DNA of 64,000 nucleotides from Cyanophora paradoxa CCMP329 (GCA_004431415.1 QPMI01000637.1:124001-188000), one strand, 5' to 3'; positions 35,148 through 47,088 are shown, numbered from the stretch's first letter. A program made the numbers and translations. The notes: generated by a model from the letters alone, not told the origin.

Positions 35148-38100
35148 ATGCGGCTGCTGACGTGTAACTCGAGCGGTGATGTCGACCCCGCAAGCGCGGC
35201 CCTCTCCGCACTGCGAGCAGCGGGGCATGCGCGGATCGTATCCATCTTCGGTGACCGTGCTGCGTACCTCGCGGGCCAAATAGCGGACTCGCGCGCCTTC
35301 GCTGAGGACCCGGCGGCCGGCGGTGTTGACATGAGCGCTCTCGAGCCATTCGTGCGCGGTTCCACTTCGAACCTGCTCTCGGACTTCGCCCGGGCGAGGC
35401 TGACGCCGGGCGGCGCAGGGCGCGGTGAGCGGCCTCCGGGTCGCGTACGCGGTGGGGGGCGGCTTCGAGCGCGGGGCGGAGGAGCGGGACGCGGCGCTCG
35501 CCCGCCCCGTCGTCGCCGCCTCGACGTCCGTGCTCCTCGCCCTCGACGGCAGCCGCGGCCGCCTCGACGCCGCCGCGTGGGCGCCCCTCGCCGGCGTCGC
35601 CGCGCGCGCCCTCCGGGAGCCCGCCCCCGCCCGTGCGACCCGCCGCCCCGCACCGCATCTCTCTCGGCGCTCCCCCTCACGCCCTCGCTCCCCGCAGCCT
35701 CCAGCCCCGGCTCAGGCCCCTCCCGCCCCGCCGCGCCCCTGGGCTCTCTCCGGGTAGTCCTGTGCGGCTGGCCCGGCGACGCCCCGGCCCCCGAAACCCT
35801 CTTCGGCCCGGACTCGAGCCCCGTCCTCCTCCGCGCCTTCTCCCCCGTCTCCGTCCACTGCGCCGGGGACCTGGCGCCCCTCCGCCGCGCCCTGGCCGAG
35901 GACCTCGCCGCACCCAGCACCCCCCCGGGCTCCCTCGCCGCCGCCCGCGGCTCCGGCCCCCTCCTCGCGGCCCTCCTCGCCGAGCTCGCGGTGCCGTACC
36001 CCGTACCCGCCCTGGTTTACCCCCGGTCCGACGGGCGGGGTGCAGTCGGAGGGGGCGGGGGGCCTCGGTGCGGCGCTGCGGGCGGCGGCGGACGGGGCGG
36101 CGCGCTGGGCGATCGAGGAGGCGGTGGGGCGCCACATGACGCCCTCCGCCGCCGCCCCCGCCGGGGCCCCGCTCTCTCCCGCCGCCGCCGAGGCCAAGGC
36201 CCGCCTCCGCTGCCAGGAGGCCGCCGCCGCCCTCGCCCAAGAGGCCCGCGCCCCGCGCCCCGCCCGCCCCCGCCCGCGCGCCCCTGAGCCGGCCCCGCAG
36301 ATCGGGCCCCTGCTCGAGGGCTTCGACGACGGCCACCTCGCGCAGCGGTAGCCCCGCTTTTGTGAGCCGCGTACCCCCGCCCCGTCGAGCCGGGCGGCGC
36401 GCCGCAGGTGCGCGCTGCGGCTGGCGGCGGCGAGCGACGGGTACCGGAGGCGCGAGGCGGCGGCGGCGGCGCGGCGGGTGGCGGAGGCGGCGGCGCCGGT
36501 GGCGGAGGCGGCGGAGGCGGCGGCGCGGGCGGCGGCGCGGGCGCTGGAGGCGGCCTCGTTCGGGGGCGAGGCGGGCCCGCTGCGGCTGCAGCGGACGGTG
36601 GAGGTCGGCTCGGGGCGCGCGGCCGCCCTCGTGCGGCTCCCCGTGGCCGACCGCGACGCCGCCCGCGCCGCCGCGCGCCCCGTCGTGGCCGCCGCCATCG
36701 CCGCCGCCTTCGCCGCCCGCCCCGACGCCGACTGCCCCGCCGTCTCCGACGCCCTCGTCGAGCGCCAGCAGGTTCGACTCCCGCCGGGCGCCTTTCGTGC
36801 CCGCCCCGCCCGAGCCTGGGCGGGCCGCCGGCAGGCGCTGCTGGACATCCTCGTGCCGCCCCTCGAGGCGGCCAGCGAGCGGGCCGTCGCCGCCGGCCTC
36901 AAGTCCCTCGACGCCGCCCTCGGTCCTGGCCCCGCCGCCCGCCCCCTCCGCGGCGCCTGACGCGGGGCGGGGCGGGCAGGGCGGGTGAAGGCGGCGCTGG
37001 CGGTGGCGGAGCGGGAGATCGGGGGGCGGCTGCCGCTGCAGGCCGAGTCCCTCCGGCGCGCCCTCGAGCGGGCCCCGGGCACCGAGTTCCCCGCCCCCGA
37101 GGCCGTGCCCCCCGTGCCGGCCCTCGCCCGCCGCCTCGAGGAGTGCCGGGCGGAGGCGGCGGCGGCGCGGGCGGAGGTGGCGCGGCGGCTGGCGGGGGCG
37201 AGCGAGGGGCGGGCGCGGGAGGCGCTGCGTGCGGCGCTGGAGGCGATGGAGCGGAGGGCGGGGGAGGACCCGGCGCGGGACGCCGGGCGCCTCTGGCGGG
37301 AGCACGTGGAGGGCCGCCCCGCCGCCCTCGCGCCCCCGCCGACCTCGACGCCGCCCGCGCCGACCTGGACCGCGCCTGCGCCGTCTCCGTCCGCGGGGAC
37401 GCCGAGCGCCGGGCCGCCCAGCAGCGCGCCCGGCGGGAGCGCGAGGCGGCGGCGGAGCGGGCGCGGGCGGAGGCGGAGGGGCGGGAGCGGGCGCAGCAGG
37501 AGGCGGAGGAGGAGGAGGCGCGCCTCGAGCGGCAGCTCGAGATGATACGGTGAGGGAGCGCCCCGTGCCGGGCCGGGGGCGTCGGCGGGGGGCTGAGCGG
37601 GGGTCCCCCTCCGCACAGGATGAGCCCGCGGGTGCCGTACGGGGGCCTGAACTACGCCTCGGGGGTGGGCAAGCCCTTCGAGTACGAGGACCCGCCCATC
37701 TACGTCGTCGCCGGGACCCCCCGGCCCCGCTCCCTCTTCCCCCTCGCCCCGCCCTCCCCGGGGGCAGCCCCGTGGCCCCCTCCCCGCCGGCCTCCGCCCG
37801 CAGCCTGGGCTCCATCGGCATGCGCCGCCTCAGCGCCCCCGCCGTAGTCGTCTCCGGCCCCAGCCCGTACTCCTCCAGCCCCACCAACGCGAACCGCGCG
37901 CCCGCGCCCGGACCCGTCGCCGCCGGCGTCGCCGTCTACTCCCCCGACAAGATGGCCTCACCCCGGGTGCGTGCGGGTCCCTGCCCTGCACCCTCCCCGG
38001 CCCGACGCCCTCCCGGCGCAGGCCGTCCCGGTGAAGGCCCCCGGGGGCGACCCCGCCTCGGCGTTCCGAGCCGTCGCCCCTCTCCTCAGGTTCCACTGAT
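35148..38100 (+). CDS. Guanylate-binding protein (GBP/atlastin)-like protein with degenerate GTPase motifs and C-terminal coiled coil
   Basis: Order and pattern of segments resemble the GBP N-domain (AALSALRAAGHARIVSIFG; GFERGAEERDAALARPVVAASTSVLL; LRVVLCGW; SGPLLAALLAEL), followed by a helical stalk and an ERARAEAE...LERQLE coil. No GKS. Confidence 0.5.
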
Positions 38101-38820
38101 CCGGCGCGGGCCATCTCCACGTCAGGGTGGTCCCGCGAGGGAGAATCGCTTAAAATTACAATTATACTAGCTAGTAACTATGATGCTACTTCGAACGCCA
38201 GTACCACTGGGCCAGCTCCAGTTGAAATATTAATTGATGTGTGTGCTTCTTTTTGTTTGACTCAAATCATGATCACCGATCGACCTTTTTGGTTTATGGT
38301 CATCAACACAGCTGCCGCGTCCGACGTTCGTGCATTCTGCGGTTCGCATGCCCGGCCGCTGAGCGCCGCTCGCGCGTGCGCGCAATTTGATCTCGCTAGC
38401 AATTTTGCAATTGCAACAACGCGCGCGCACTGCTCAAGTAGCACGGCAAGCATACATATGCGTATGCGCAGCTGCAGCCTGCAGATATGTGGGCTATAGC
38501 TTTAGCCAGCCGCTAGCCGCGAGCTGCAGCGCTTTCAGCTTTCCGAGCTCGCGCATTGCAACGTACCCCTGGGCACACGGCCCTTCGCGGCGCCTCCGAG
38601 ACAGAGGCGGCGAAGCATCGTTCGCGCTCCACGGTAGAATCGCTATAGCTGCACAGTGTAGTACGTACACACAGGCAGAGCCGCCTACGGAGAGTCGCGC
38701 GAACAGCGAACTCGGAACAGCGCGCATTGAGCGTCGGCGCGTGCGGCTCTTCGTGAGTGACTTCAGCGACCGCAGAGCGCAGTCCCGGACCTGAGCGGCG
38801 TCTAGATCTGCCGAGCGGCA

Positions 38821-41800
38821 ATGGTGTTCCGACGAGGCGGCGGCATGCTCAAGCGCTTGCGCGAGTCACCGAGCTTCGCGGAGGAAGCAGAGACGGACGA
38901 CGAGGATGCGCGTGCCTCGCCATTGACACTCCGCTTCCTCGACCCGGCTGCAGAGCACGCGTACCATGCGTCGTGGTGAGCTGCGCTGCCCGTGCGCTGC
39001 CGGCCCTGCGGCCCTGTGCTCACCGGTGCTGCAGGGCGCGATCGTTCGCACCCGTGTTGCGCCTCGTGGCGTTCTGGGTCCTCCTCATTCACGCGTTACG
39101 GTTCTACTCCACGCTCCGAGGCACAGCAGCGGCGAGCGCGAGCCCCAAGCCCGGTGGCCTGCCGTTCTGGCTCGCCGACGGCGGCGTGCTCCTCAGCCAG
39201 GCGCTCATGTGCGCTCCTCTCGGGCGTCCGGCCAGCCGCGGCGCTCGCTCGCGCTGAGCGCGGGGCGCAGCGTGCTCGTCCACGTCGGCGTGTGGCTCGT
39301 CGCCCGCTCGCCCATCCTCGTCGAGGGCCGCTATGAGGCGCGCCCGCCCGCGCCCCCCCGCTGCTGCCGCTCACGGGGTCTTCGGTGCAGCCGTTCCACG
39401 CGTTCATCTCCGCCTCGACCGTCGTCGTCTACGTCGTCGACGCGCTTCCCGTCCTCTGCCCCAGCGAGGCCGGTCCGCGCCCCGGGCGCCCCGGGCGCTC
39501 TCGGGGCCTGGGCCTGCTGGCGGGGCCCCTCAGCGCCCCGCGCAGATGGCGGCGCTCGCGCGGCCATCACATCCCTCCACCTCTTCCCCTTCGCCGTGAT
39601 CGCGCCGGTGCCCCTCCCGACCCGCACGGGCGCCTCGACCCGCCCCTGAGGCCGCCGCGCCGGCAGTGCGTCATCGTGAACCACAGCTGGTGGAAGGGGC
39701 CGGCCTGGGGGTTCGCCACCACGGCCCTCCTCGCCCTGGCGCGCTCCTACGGCATCACCCAGCCCTTCTTCGTCGCCGAGGGCGCGTACCCCCCTCCTCC
39801 GCCGCGCCCCTGCCCCCCCCTTCAACCCCCGCAGACGTCTTCGCCCTCCTCAACTACTCGGCGGTCGGCGCCCTCGTGCGTTACCCCCCCCCCCCCCCCC
39901 CGCCCCCGCTGACCCGCTGACCCGCTGACCCGCCCCCCAGCTGAACTACCTGGTCGAGTACCGCATGCGGCGCGCGTGGATCCTCTCCCGCTGCCTCCGC
40001 CGCGCCCGCGGTGCCGCCCTCCCCCGGCGGCGCCCACCGCGGGCCCCCCGCCGAGGCCGGCGTGCGCTGCGCAGACCAGGCGGCGGCGGGCCTGCGGGAG
40101 AAAACGCTCTTTCTCAGCAACACGAACCACGAGATCCGCACGCCCCTCTTCGCCATCAGTGCGCGCGCCCCGCCGCCGCCGCCCGCCCGCCCGGCTCGCT
40201 GCTGACCGGCGCCGCCCGCTCCCCTCCCGCAGTCGGGATGACGGACGTGCTGCAGGCGAGGCGGACCCCCTGGGGCCCCCCGCGGGGCCGGGCTGACGCG
40301 GGGGCGCAGGAGACGGCGCTCGACGCCGAGCAGGTCGAGTACGTCAAGGTCCACGCCCCGCCCCGCCCCGCCCCGCCCCGCCCCGCCCCGCCCCGCCCGG
40401 CCTCGTCTCGGCCCCGACCCTTTCGCAGACGCTGCGGAACAGCGCCGACGTGCTCCTCGCGATGGTCTCCGGTGCCCGCCCCGGCCCCTCGCGCGCGGCG
40501 GCCCCCGCGCCCCACCCTCTCACCCGGCGAAGACATCCTGGACCTCGAGAAGGCGGGGGCGGGGCGGCTCGAGCTCGAGGCGGCGCCCTTCTCGCCCCTC
40601 GCGGCCCTCGAGGGCGTCGCCGACATGCTCTTCGTCAGCGCCGCCCGCAAGGCCCGCCCCCGCCCCGCCCCGCCCCCTCCGCATCTGCGGGCCCCCTGTG
40701 ACGCGCGCCCGCCCCGCAGCACGTCGACCTGGCCTGCCACGGTGCGCCCCGCCGCCGGCGGCGCGCCGGCGCCCCGCGCTGCTGAGGGGCGCGCGTGCAG
40801 TGGACCGGACGGCGGCGGGGCTGCGGGCGCGCGGGGACAGCACGCGCTTCAAGCAGGTCCTGCTCAACCTCGCCTCCAACGTGCGCCCTGCTCGGCCCCC
40901 GCGCCCCGCGCCCCGCGACGGGCTCCCCGCGACCCTCCCCCGCCCCGCCCCGCAGGCTGTCAAGTTCTCTGCCCGCGAGGCCCGCGCCCGCCCGCCCCGC
41001 CCCGCCCCGCCGTTTGCTGAGCGGCAGGGCGGTAGGCGGGGGAGACGCCGGGCGAGGTCATCGTACGCCTGGAGGCGGTCGAGGCCGATGCCGGGGCATG
41101 GGCGGGGGCGGGGGCGGGGCCGGGGGCGGAGGGGGGCGCGGAGGGGCCCGGACCCGGGGCGGCCTGGCTGCGACTCTCGGTGGAGGACAACGGCATCGGT
41201 GAGGGCCTCCTTTTCCCCCGGCCCGCCCCTCCCCGGCGGCCCGCCTCACGGGGCGGGGCGGCAGGCATCGCCCCGGAGCGCCTCCCGGACCTCTTCCGGC
41301 CCTTCACGCAGCTCGACCCCTCCATCACCCGCCGCTACGGTGCCCCGCCGCCCGCCACCCGCGGCCGGCGCGCGCGTTCTGAGCGGGGGCTGGGCGGGGC
41401 GGGCAGGGGGCTCGGGCCTGGGGCTGGCCCTCGTGAAGACCCTCGTGGAGCGCATGGGTGGCTCCATCGCCGTCGCCTCCGCCCCGGGCCAGGTGCCCCC
41501 CGGAGGGGGGGAGGCCTCCGCGCCCCCCGCCGAGCCCCCCCGCAGGGATCGACCTTCACTGTGCTCCTGCCCTTCCCCGAGGCGGCCGCGGAGGAGAAGG
41601 CCGGGGCGGCGCGCCTGGAGGCCGAGGGCGAGGCCCGCGCGGAGGGCGAGGGCGAGGGGGAGGGCAAGGGCGGGATCGCCGCCGAGGGGGCCGCCGGGGA
41701 TGGGCAGACGGGAGAGTGCGGGGAGCGGGAGGGGCGGGAGGGGAGGCGACGGGCGGTGGCGGTGGCCGTCTCGAAGGGGCGGCCCTGCACGCGGCGCTGC

Positions 41801-43334
41801 CTCCTCCAGGCGGGCGGCCCCCGCTCTCCGCACCTCCTCGCGCCCCTTCTCACCCCCGCCGGCCCCGGCAGGCGCTGGCGGCGCTGGGGTACGAGGCCGT
41901 GGAGTCGCGGGAGGGGGCGGGGGCCGTGGTGACGGACGACCGGAGCGCCGCCGCGGAGGCGGCCGCCGGCGGCCTCCCCGTGGTCTTCCTCGGTCCGGCC
42001 CGCCCCGCCAGGCCCCTGGCGCGACCTGACGCGGGCTGACGCCGGGCGCAGAGGCGCCGGGGGCGCGGCGGCGCTCGGTGGCCGTCCCCGAGGTCCTCCC
42101 GAGGTGCGCCCGCCCCCGCCCCGCCCCGGCCGGGGCCGGCCTCGAGGAGGAGGAGGAGCTCACGCCCTCCCTCGCCCCGCCGCGCAGCTGATGGAGCTGT
42201 ACCGCCCGGCGTCGAACACGCCGCCGCCGCCGCCGGGCTCCCTCCCGGGGCCCTCGCTGCGGCGCCTCATGCTCCCCGTCCGCCTCGACGCCCTCCGCGC
42301 CGCCCTCGCCGGGGCCGAGGAGGAAGCCCCGCTGGCCCTCGCCACGCCCCTCAACGCCCCGCCCCCGGGGCCGGCCGACAGCGGCGCAACTCGCTGCGGC
42401 CGGTCTCGTGCCCGGCGCTGGCGCAGGAGTCGCCGCCGGCGGGGCTGGCGGCGGCGCTGGCGGGGCCGCTGGGGGCGGACGGGAAGCGGGCGCGCCCCAT
42501 GCCCCGCGTCCTCATCGCCGAGGACAACCTGCTTAACGCCATGCGCGCCCGCCCCGCCCCGCCCGCCCCGGCCCGCGCGGGGCTTCAACCTGACGCGCCG
42601 GGGCCGGGGGCGCAGGCTGCTGGCGCGCATGCTGAGGCGGCTCGGGTACGAGAACGACACGGTGGGCGACGGCGCCGCAGCCGTCGAGGCCTGCAAGACG
42701 TGCGCGCCCCGCCGCGCACAGTCTTCCCGAGAGCTTTCTGTCCCCCGCTGCGTCTCGTCGCCCTGTCCGCCGCGCCGGCTGACGGCGGCCTTCGGCGCCG
42801 GCAGGGGCCGCTACGACGTGCTCTTCACGGATATCGCGATGCCCAAGATGGTGCGCCGCCGCCCCCGGCCCGCCGGCGGCTCGGCCTGCCGGGGGCGACG
42901 CGGGCGGGGCGGGGCAGTCGGGGCTGGAGGCGTGCGCTGCGGTGCGGGCGCTGCAGGCGGCGGGCGCCGTCCCCGCCCACCTCGTCGTCCTCGGCTGCTC
43001 CGCCAACGCCCTCGCGCGCCCCGCCCCGCCCCGCCCCTCGCGCGCTCCTGACGCGGGGCGGGGGCAGGCGGAGGACCGGGGGCGGGCGCTGGAGGCCGGC
43101 ATGGCGGCCTTCCTCGCCAAGCCCTGCCGCCTCGACCAGGCCCCCGCCCCCGCCCCCCGCCCCCACCCGCCTCGGCCCCTCACTCCCCGCCGCCCCGCAG
43201 GTCGGCTCCGTGCTGCGCGAGCACGCGCGGGCGGCCCGGCGGCCGGCGCCGGGGCGGAGGGCGCGCCCGTCCCCGCGCTGGGCGGGGGCGGCTTCGCCGG
43301 CCTCGTGGACGCCTGCTTCCCCCAGGCGCCCTGA
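38821..43334 (+). CDS. Hybrid sensor histidine kinase (membrane region - HisKA - HATPase_c - receiver)
   Basis: H-box FLSNTNHEIRTPL; N-box GDSTRFKQVLLNLASNAVKF; G1 VEDNGIG; F-box LFRPFTQ; G2 RYGGSGLGLALVK; receiver VLIAEDN...DVLFTDIAMPKM...FLAKP. Hydrophobic N-terminal exons. The 3' end has a frame ambiguity. Confidence 0.92.
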
Positions 43335-43399
43335 GCGCCTCCCAGCAGAGTCTTTATCGCAATCGGGCCATCCCGCGTATTGTTCTGTGTGTATTGTAT

Positions 43400-43505
43400 T
43401 ACTGAATATGCGAGCGAACGCGTAGCATATGACTTTGTATGCCTGCCACTCCGTAAGCAGCCTTGATTCTATACAATGATTGTTAGGGGTACAACCTTCA
43501 GTCTT
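43400..43505. repeat. 106-bp terminal repeat (element 3' end)
   Basis: Exact reverse complement of 47112-47217. Confidence 0.95.
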
Positions 43506-43913
43506 GTCTGGATTCGCGTAGGCGAAGCAGCGAAAACAGACACATGGCTCGTCGCACGCAGGACAGTGCAAGCTGCAAAGGGAAAAGGGGCATCAGACGA
43601 GGGGTACAGAAAATATAGCTGGGTACACGTGTACATGTAGGGTATAAGGTTGGGCTAATTTGCAACAAAAGGGGTAAGCTAATTTGCAACAAAAGGGGTA
43701 CGAGAAGAGCTGCTGCGAACGCAGCAGCTAAGTACTACATGCCGACACAGACGCTGCGAACGCAGCAGACGGCAAGGGTACACAAAACAAGGCTAGTTTG
43801 CAACACGTGCGTGTACAGACAGCGTCAGGCGCAGCTTGCACTGGCCCAGAGCGACATAGCCAGCACCGGCGAAGCCGGCACACGCGAAAGAAGACACTAA
43901 GACAAAAGGACAG

Positions 43914-44990
43914 CTAGCTGCGCCGCGACGAGAGGGGCGTAGAAGCCTGCTGGCGACACGACAATGGAGGCACGTAGCGAGAACCAGGGCTTGCCATCAA
44001 CGCAGCCAGAGGCGGGCGCTCAGAAGAATCGATGTAGCGACGATACACGTCAGACAAGAGCGACCAGCGGCCAACTGCTTGCACAAGCTCCTCGGGCACA
44101 CCAGCAGCCGCTAGCGCCGTAGCACCACCGCGACGAAGCCCATGAGGCGTGATCCCCGTCGCATCTAAGCCAGCAGCCTCAAAGGCAAAGCGAAGCACGT
44201 ATGCAACGGAGGCGGGCGCGAGGGGCCGCGAAGGTCGGAAGAGTTGACCAAACAACGGCGCCTCCGGCTCGAGGTCTTGGATGGTGCGCCAATAAGCTCG
44301 AAACCAGCGAACCGGACAGATCACTGACTGCGCGACAGTGCCCAGCACAACTTGAGCGCCTTGGCGAGCGCGATCGGTCTTGGAGCCGACGATAAAGACA
44401 ACGACGCGATCCGCACGGATCTGGATGTCTTGACGACGCAGAGCAACGAGTTCACCACGACGGAGCAAGCCAAAGAAGCCAGTAAGCAACATGACGAAGG
44501 CCCGCAAGAGCTTAGCTGACGGAGCTTTCAGATAAGCACGAGCGATCGCCTCCAAATGCACAGCCGTGACGATCTTGGACTGCTTGGCCCGACGACCACA
44601 CAAACGAACAATTCCTTGCAGCGCTTGTTGAACCAGAGGGTGCGCGAACGCCGTTGCAGGCTGTAGGCGCAGGCCAGTCTGATGAACCAATGCAGAGTAG
44701 CATTGCTTGACAGCAGAAACGCTGAACTCCTCGTCCGCCAGCGCAACAAGCATCGTAGCCAGACCAGATGGCTCGGGGGGCCAGATGCGGAAGCCATGAA
44801 CCGCACAATGACCTTCGTATAGTTGCACCCAACGATTGTATATGCCACGAGTGCCATCACCGATGGCGTTCTCCCTGTAGTAATGGACACGCTGGAGCAG
44901 CACATCTGCAGCAAATGCAATGTCAGGCAAGCTGCGTACGAGGACTAAGAAAGGGGCCCCGGATGCGAAATCGTTATATTGCAGATGGCT
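43914..44990 (-). CDS. Tyrosine recombinase of the DIRS element
   Basis: Intact R-K-HxxR-W-Y set: GLLRRGEL, GSKTD, TPHGLRRGGAT, VGRWS, VYRRYI. The open frame extends to 45209, overlapping the pol 3' end; true start uncertain. Confidence 0.93.
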   Translation of the reverse strand, partial: SHLQYNDFASGAPFLVLVRSLPDIAFAADVLLQRVHYYRENAIGDGTRGIYNRWVQLYEGHCAVHGFRIWPPEPSGLATMLVALADEEFSVSAVKQCYSALVHQTGLRLQPATAFAHPLVQQALQGIVRLCGRRAKQSKIVTAVHLEAIARAYLKAPSAKLLRAFVMLLTGFFGLLRRGELVALRRQDIQIRADRVVVFIVGSKTDRARQGAQVVLGTVAQSVICPVRWFRAYWRTIQDLEPEAPLFGQLFRPSRPLAPASVAYVLRFAFEAAGLDATGITPHGLRRGGATALAAAGVPEELVQAVGRWSLLSDVYRRYIDSSERPPLAALMASPGSRYVPPLSCRQQASTPLSSRRS

Positions 44991-45000
44991 AATTTGTGTG

Positions 45001-46911
45001 CTACTGCCAGGCTGCGGAAATAGCCACAAGAGACCAAGACGGAAGAACAGGAGAATGAGGGCCTGGCAAGCAGACGGTTGAAGCAGGCCCCAAGTACAAC
45101 ACAGGAGCCTGCCTTGCCTGCTCAAGCTGGGGCCACCATGGGGCGGAGGGCCAATCAGGTACGACAAAGACTGCAGCTGCTCTGCACTGTCTAACATGAG
45201 AGACCACATGCAGGATCACATTGGGATCCGGAAACACATAGTTGCGAGCACCAAGCCATGACACAGTGAAGCAATCATGCCCTTCGGCACGGGCATCACG
45301 CAAATCTACAGAGAAATATCGAGAAAGGTGGGCATTGGCAGCTGTGGCCATCCTGTCCACGTCAAAAGGGCCTAAAATGCGGCTGACCATGGCAAAATAT
45401 ACTGGCTTAAGGGAGTAGTCTGCTGGAAAAAAGTACCTGCTAAGAGCATCTGACCACTCGTTATCTATGCCTGGAATATGCTCGGCCTCAATGCTAACAC
45501 AACCTATCAAGGCAATGTCCCAAATCTGACGAGCGATCTCCGTCAAATAAGCATGACGACCGCCACCATTGTTGATATAAGCAACTGTCACAGAGTTGTC
45601 CGATCGAACCAAGATGTTCTGATTCTGAAGCACAGACTGATAGTGTTGCATAGCCCGTAGCACAGCTTGCAGCTCCCTCCAAGAAGAGATTCGCTGAGAT
45701 TCCTCACTGTTCCACAGGCACTGGAATGGAGGCGGGCCAGGAGCACAGAGCACAGGAGGTACATCACCGATCCGCGTGGTAATCCAAGCTCCAGCACCAA
45801 GATGACTAGCATCAGTGGTGAGCACAAGTAGCCGCTCAGGACGAATCGGACAGCGCCCGTTGTACTTGTGTATGTTGGCCAGCCACCACTGGAGCTCAGA
45901 CCGAGTCTCATCAGTAATCTGCACAGGATGGTTCCAGTGCCACTCCCGGGCCGCCACATTGATGTAACGGAACAAAGCACGAGTCCGGATGCGAGCTGGA
46001 GCAAGCCCTCGAGCCATGGATACCAAGGTGCCTGCCACCTTTGCCATATCACGGGCAGACGCTGAGTGTTTGCGTAGGAGCTTGCGGATCAGCTGAAGTA
46101 GTCTGCTCAGCTTGTCGCCAGGAACCTCAAACAACATGCGAGCCGAGTCCACAATGAAGCCCAGGAAAGCCACTGACTGAGATGGGGTAAGCGCTGACTT
46201 GCTGTTGACCACCAACTTAAGCCGTTTAAATGTAGCCAGCACAAAGTCTCGCAGCTTACAGGCCTCTAAGAAAGTAGGAGCCGCAAACCACCAATCGTCC
46301 ACATAGTTGACAACAAAGATGCCCAGTTTCCTGAAATAGTTGACCACTTGCCGCATAATTTTGACGAATGCAAAAGGCGAGTGTCGAAGGCCGAAGGGCA
46401 AAACCGTATAGACATAGTACTTGCTGTCAAAAGAGAAGCCCATGTTGCGCCAATCTTGCTCCGCCACTGGCACGTGGTGATAGCCAGACTCTAGGTCAAT
46501 GGTGAACATGTACCACCCTTGACGGAGCATTGCCGCCACATGCTCAAGAGTCTCAAATCGAAATTTCCGATCTGGTAGACCTTGATTGGTGGGTCGACCG
46601 TCCCAGATCAAACGAAGTTTGGAGCCGGTCTTCTTCGGGACCACGGACAAGGAGCACACAATGTTCACCTCGTGCTGTTGGACTTCACGAATGGCCCCGG
46701 TGCGCAAGAGTTTCTGAATTTCCGTCCGCACAAAATCCCTGTGATCCTCGGCTGCAGACTTGTGATTACGCCGATGCTCCGGTGGCAGATTGCGGGCCCC
46801 AGTCAGCGGGAAACCGTCACGTATCCATGACAACACCACATAGTTGGCACCAATCTCCTTCCACTGGGACCAGGCCTCACGGATGCAGGACGCCACAAAA
46901 GAACCTGGTGG
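45001..46911 (-). CDS. DIRS pol: reverse transcriptase - RNase H - DNA adenine methyltransferase-like domain
   Basis: RLIWDGR, IDLESGYHHV, VLPFGL, YVDD (RT); TTDAS, WRELQAV, VRSDN, HIPGIDNEWSDALSR (RNase H); FDVDRMATAANA...YVFPDP (MT-like). The frame is uninterrupted. Confidence 0.95.
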   Translation of the reverse strand, partial: PPGSFVASCIREAWSQWKEIGANYVVLSWIRDGFPLTGARNLPPEHRRNHKSAAEDHRDFVRTEIQKLLRTGAIREVQQHEVNIVCSLSVVPKKTGSKLRLIWDGRPTNQGLPDRKFRFETLEHVAAMLRQGWYMFTIDLESGYHHVPVAEQDWRNMGFSFDSKYYVYTVLPFGLRHSPFAFVKIMRQVVNYFRKLGIFVVNYVDDWWFAAPTFLEACKLRDFVLATFKRLKLVVNSKSALTPSQSVAFLGFIVDSARMLFEVPGDKLSRLLQLIRKLLRKHSASARDMAKVAGTLVSMARGLAPARIRTRALFRYINVAAREWHWNHPVQITDETRSELQWWLANIHKYNGRCPIRPERLLVLTTDASHLGAGAWITTRIGDVPPVLCAPGPPPFQCLWNSEESQRISSWRELQAVLRAMQHYQSVLQNQNILVRSDNSVTVAYINNGGGRHAYLTEIARQIWDIALIGCVSIEAEHIPGIDNEWSDALSRYFFPADYSLKPVYFAMVSRILGPFDVDRMATAANAHLSRYFSVDLRDARAEGHDCFTVSWLGARNYVFPDPNVILHVVSHVRQCRAAAVFVVPDWPSAPWWPQLEQARQAPVLYLGPASTVCLPGPHSPVLPSWSLVAISAAWQ

Positions 46912-47088
46912 CTAAAAGTCACAAGCGCACGGGGAGTGGGCTTGAGGCCTTAAATTGTCGCCACATCTTATCAACGACACGAGCTGACAGGCTGAGCTGC
47001 AGTTGAGTCTGGCTCAAGCTGCAGCTGGAGCTGAGTTGGAGCTGGAGCTGGTACGCTGGAGGGCGGCTGTGACACGCGAACGTGAGGA

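Noticed and set aside
31962-37887. Very long Arg/Gly/Pro/Ala-rich ORFs on both strands (e.g. 778, 736 and 634 aa; similar ones at 52-56 kb)
   Set aside because: Shadow frames caused by extreme GC content and stop-codon scarcity; the real genes are spliced.
43914-45209. Tyrosine recombinase as a prophage or integron integrase
   Set aside because: It overlaps a DIRS-type RT/RNaseH ORF within DIRS-like repeats; no phage genes or attC sites.
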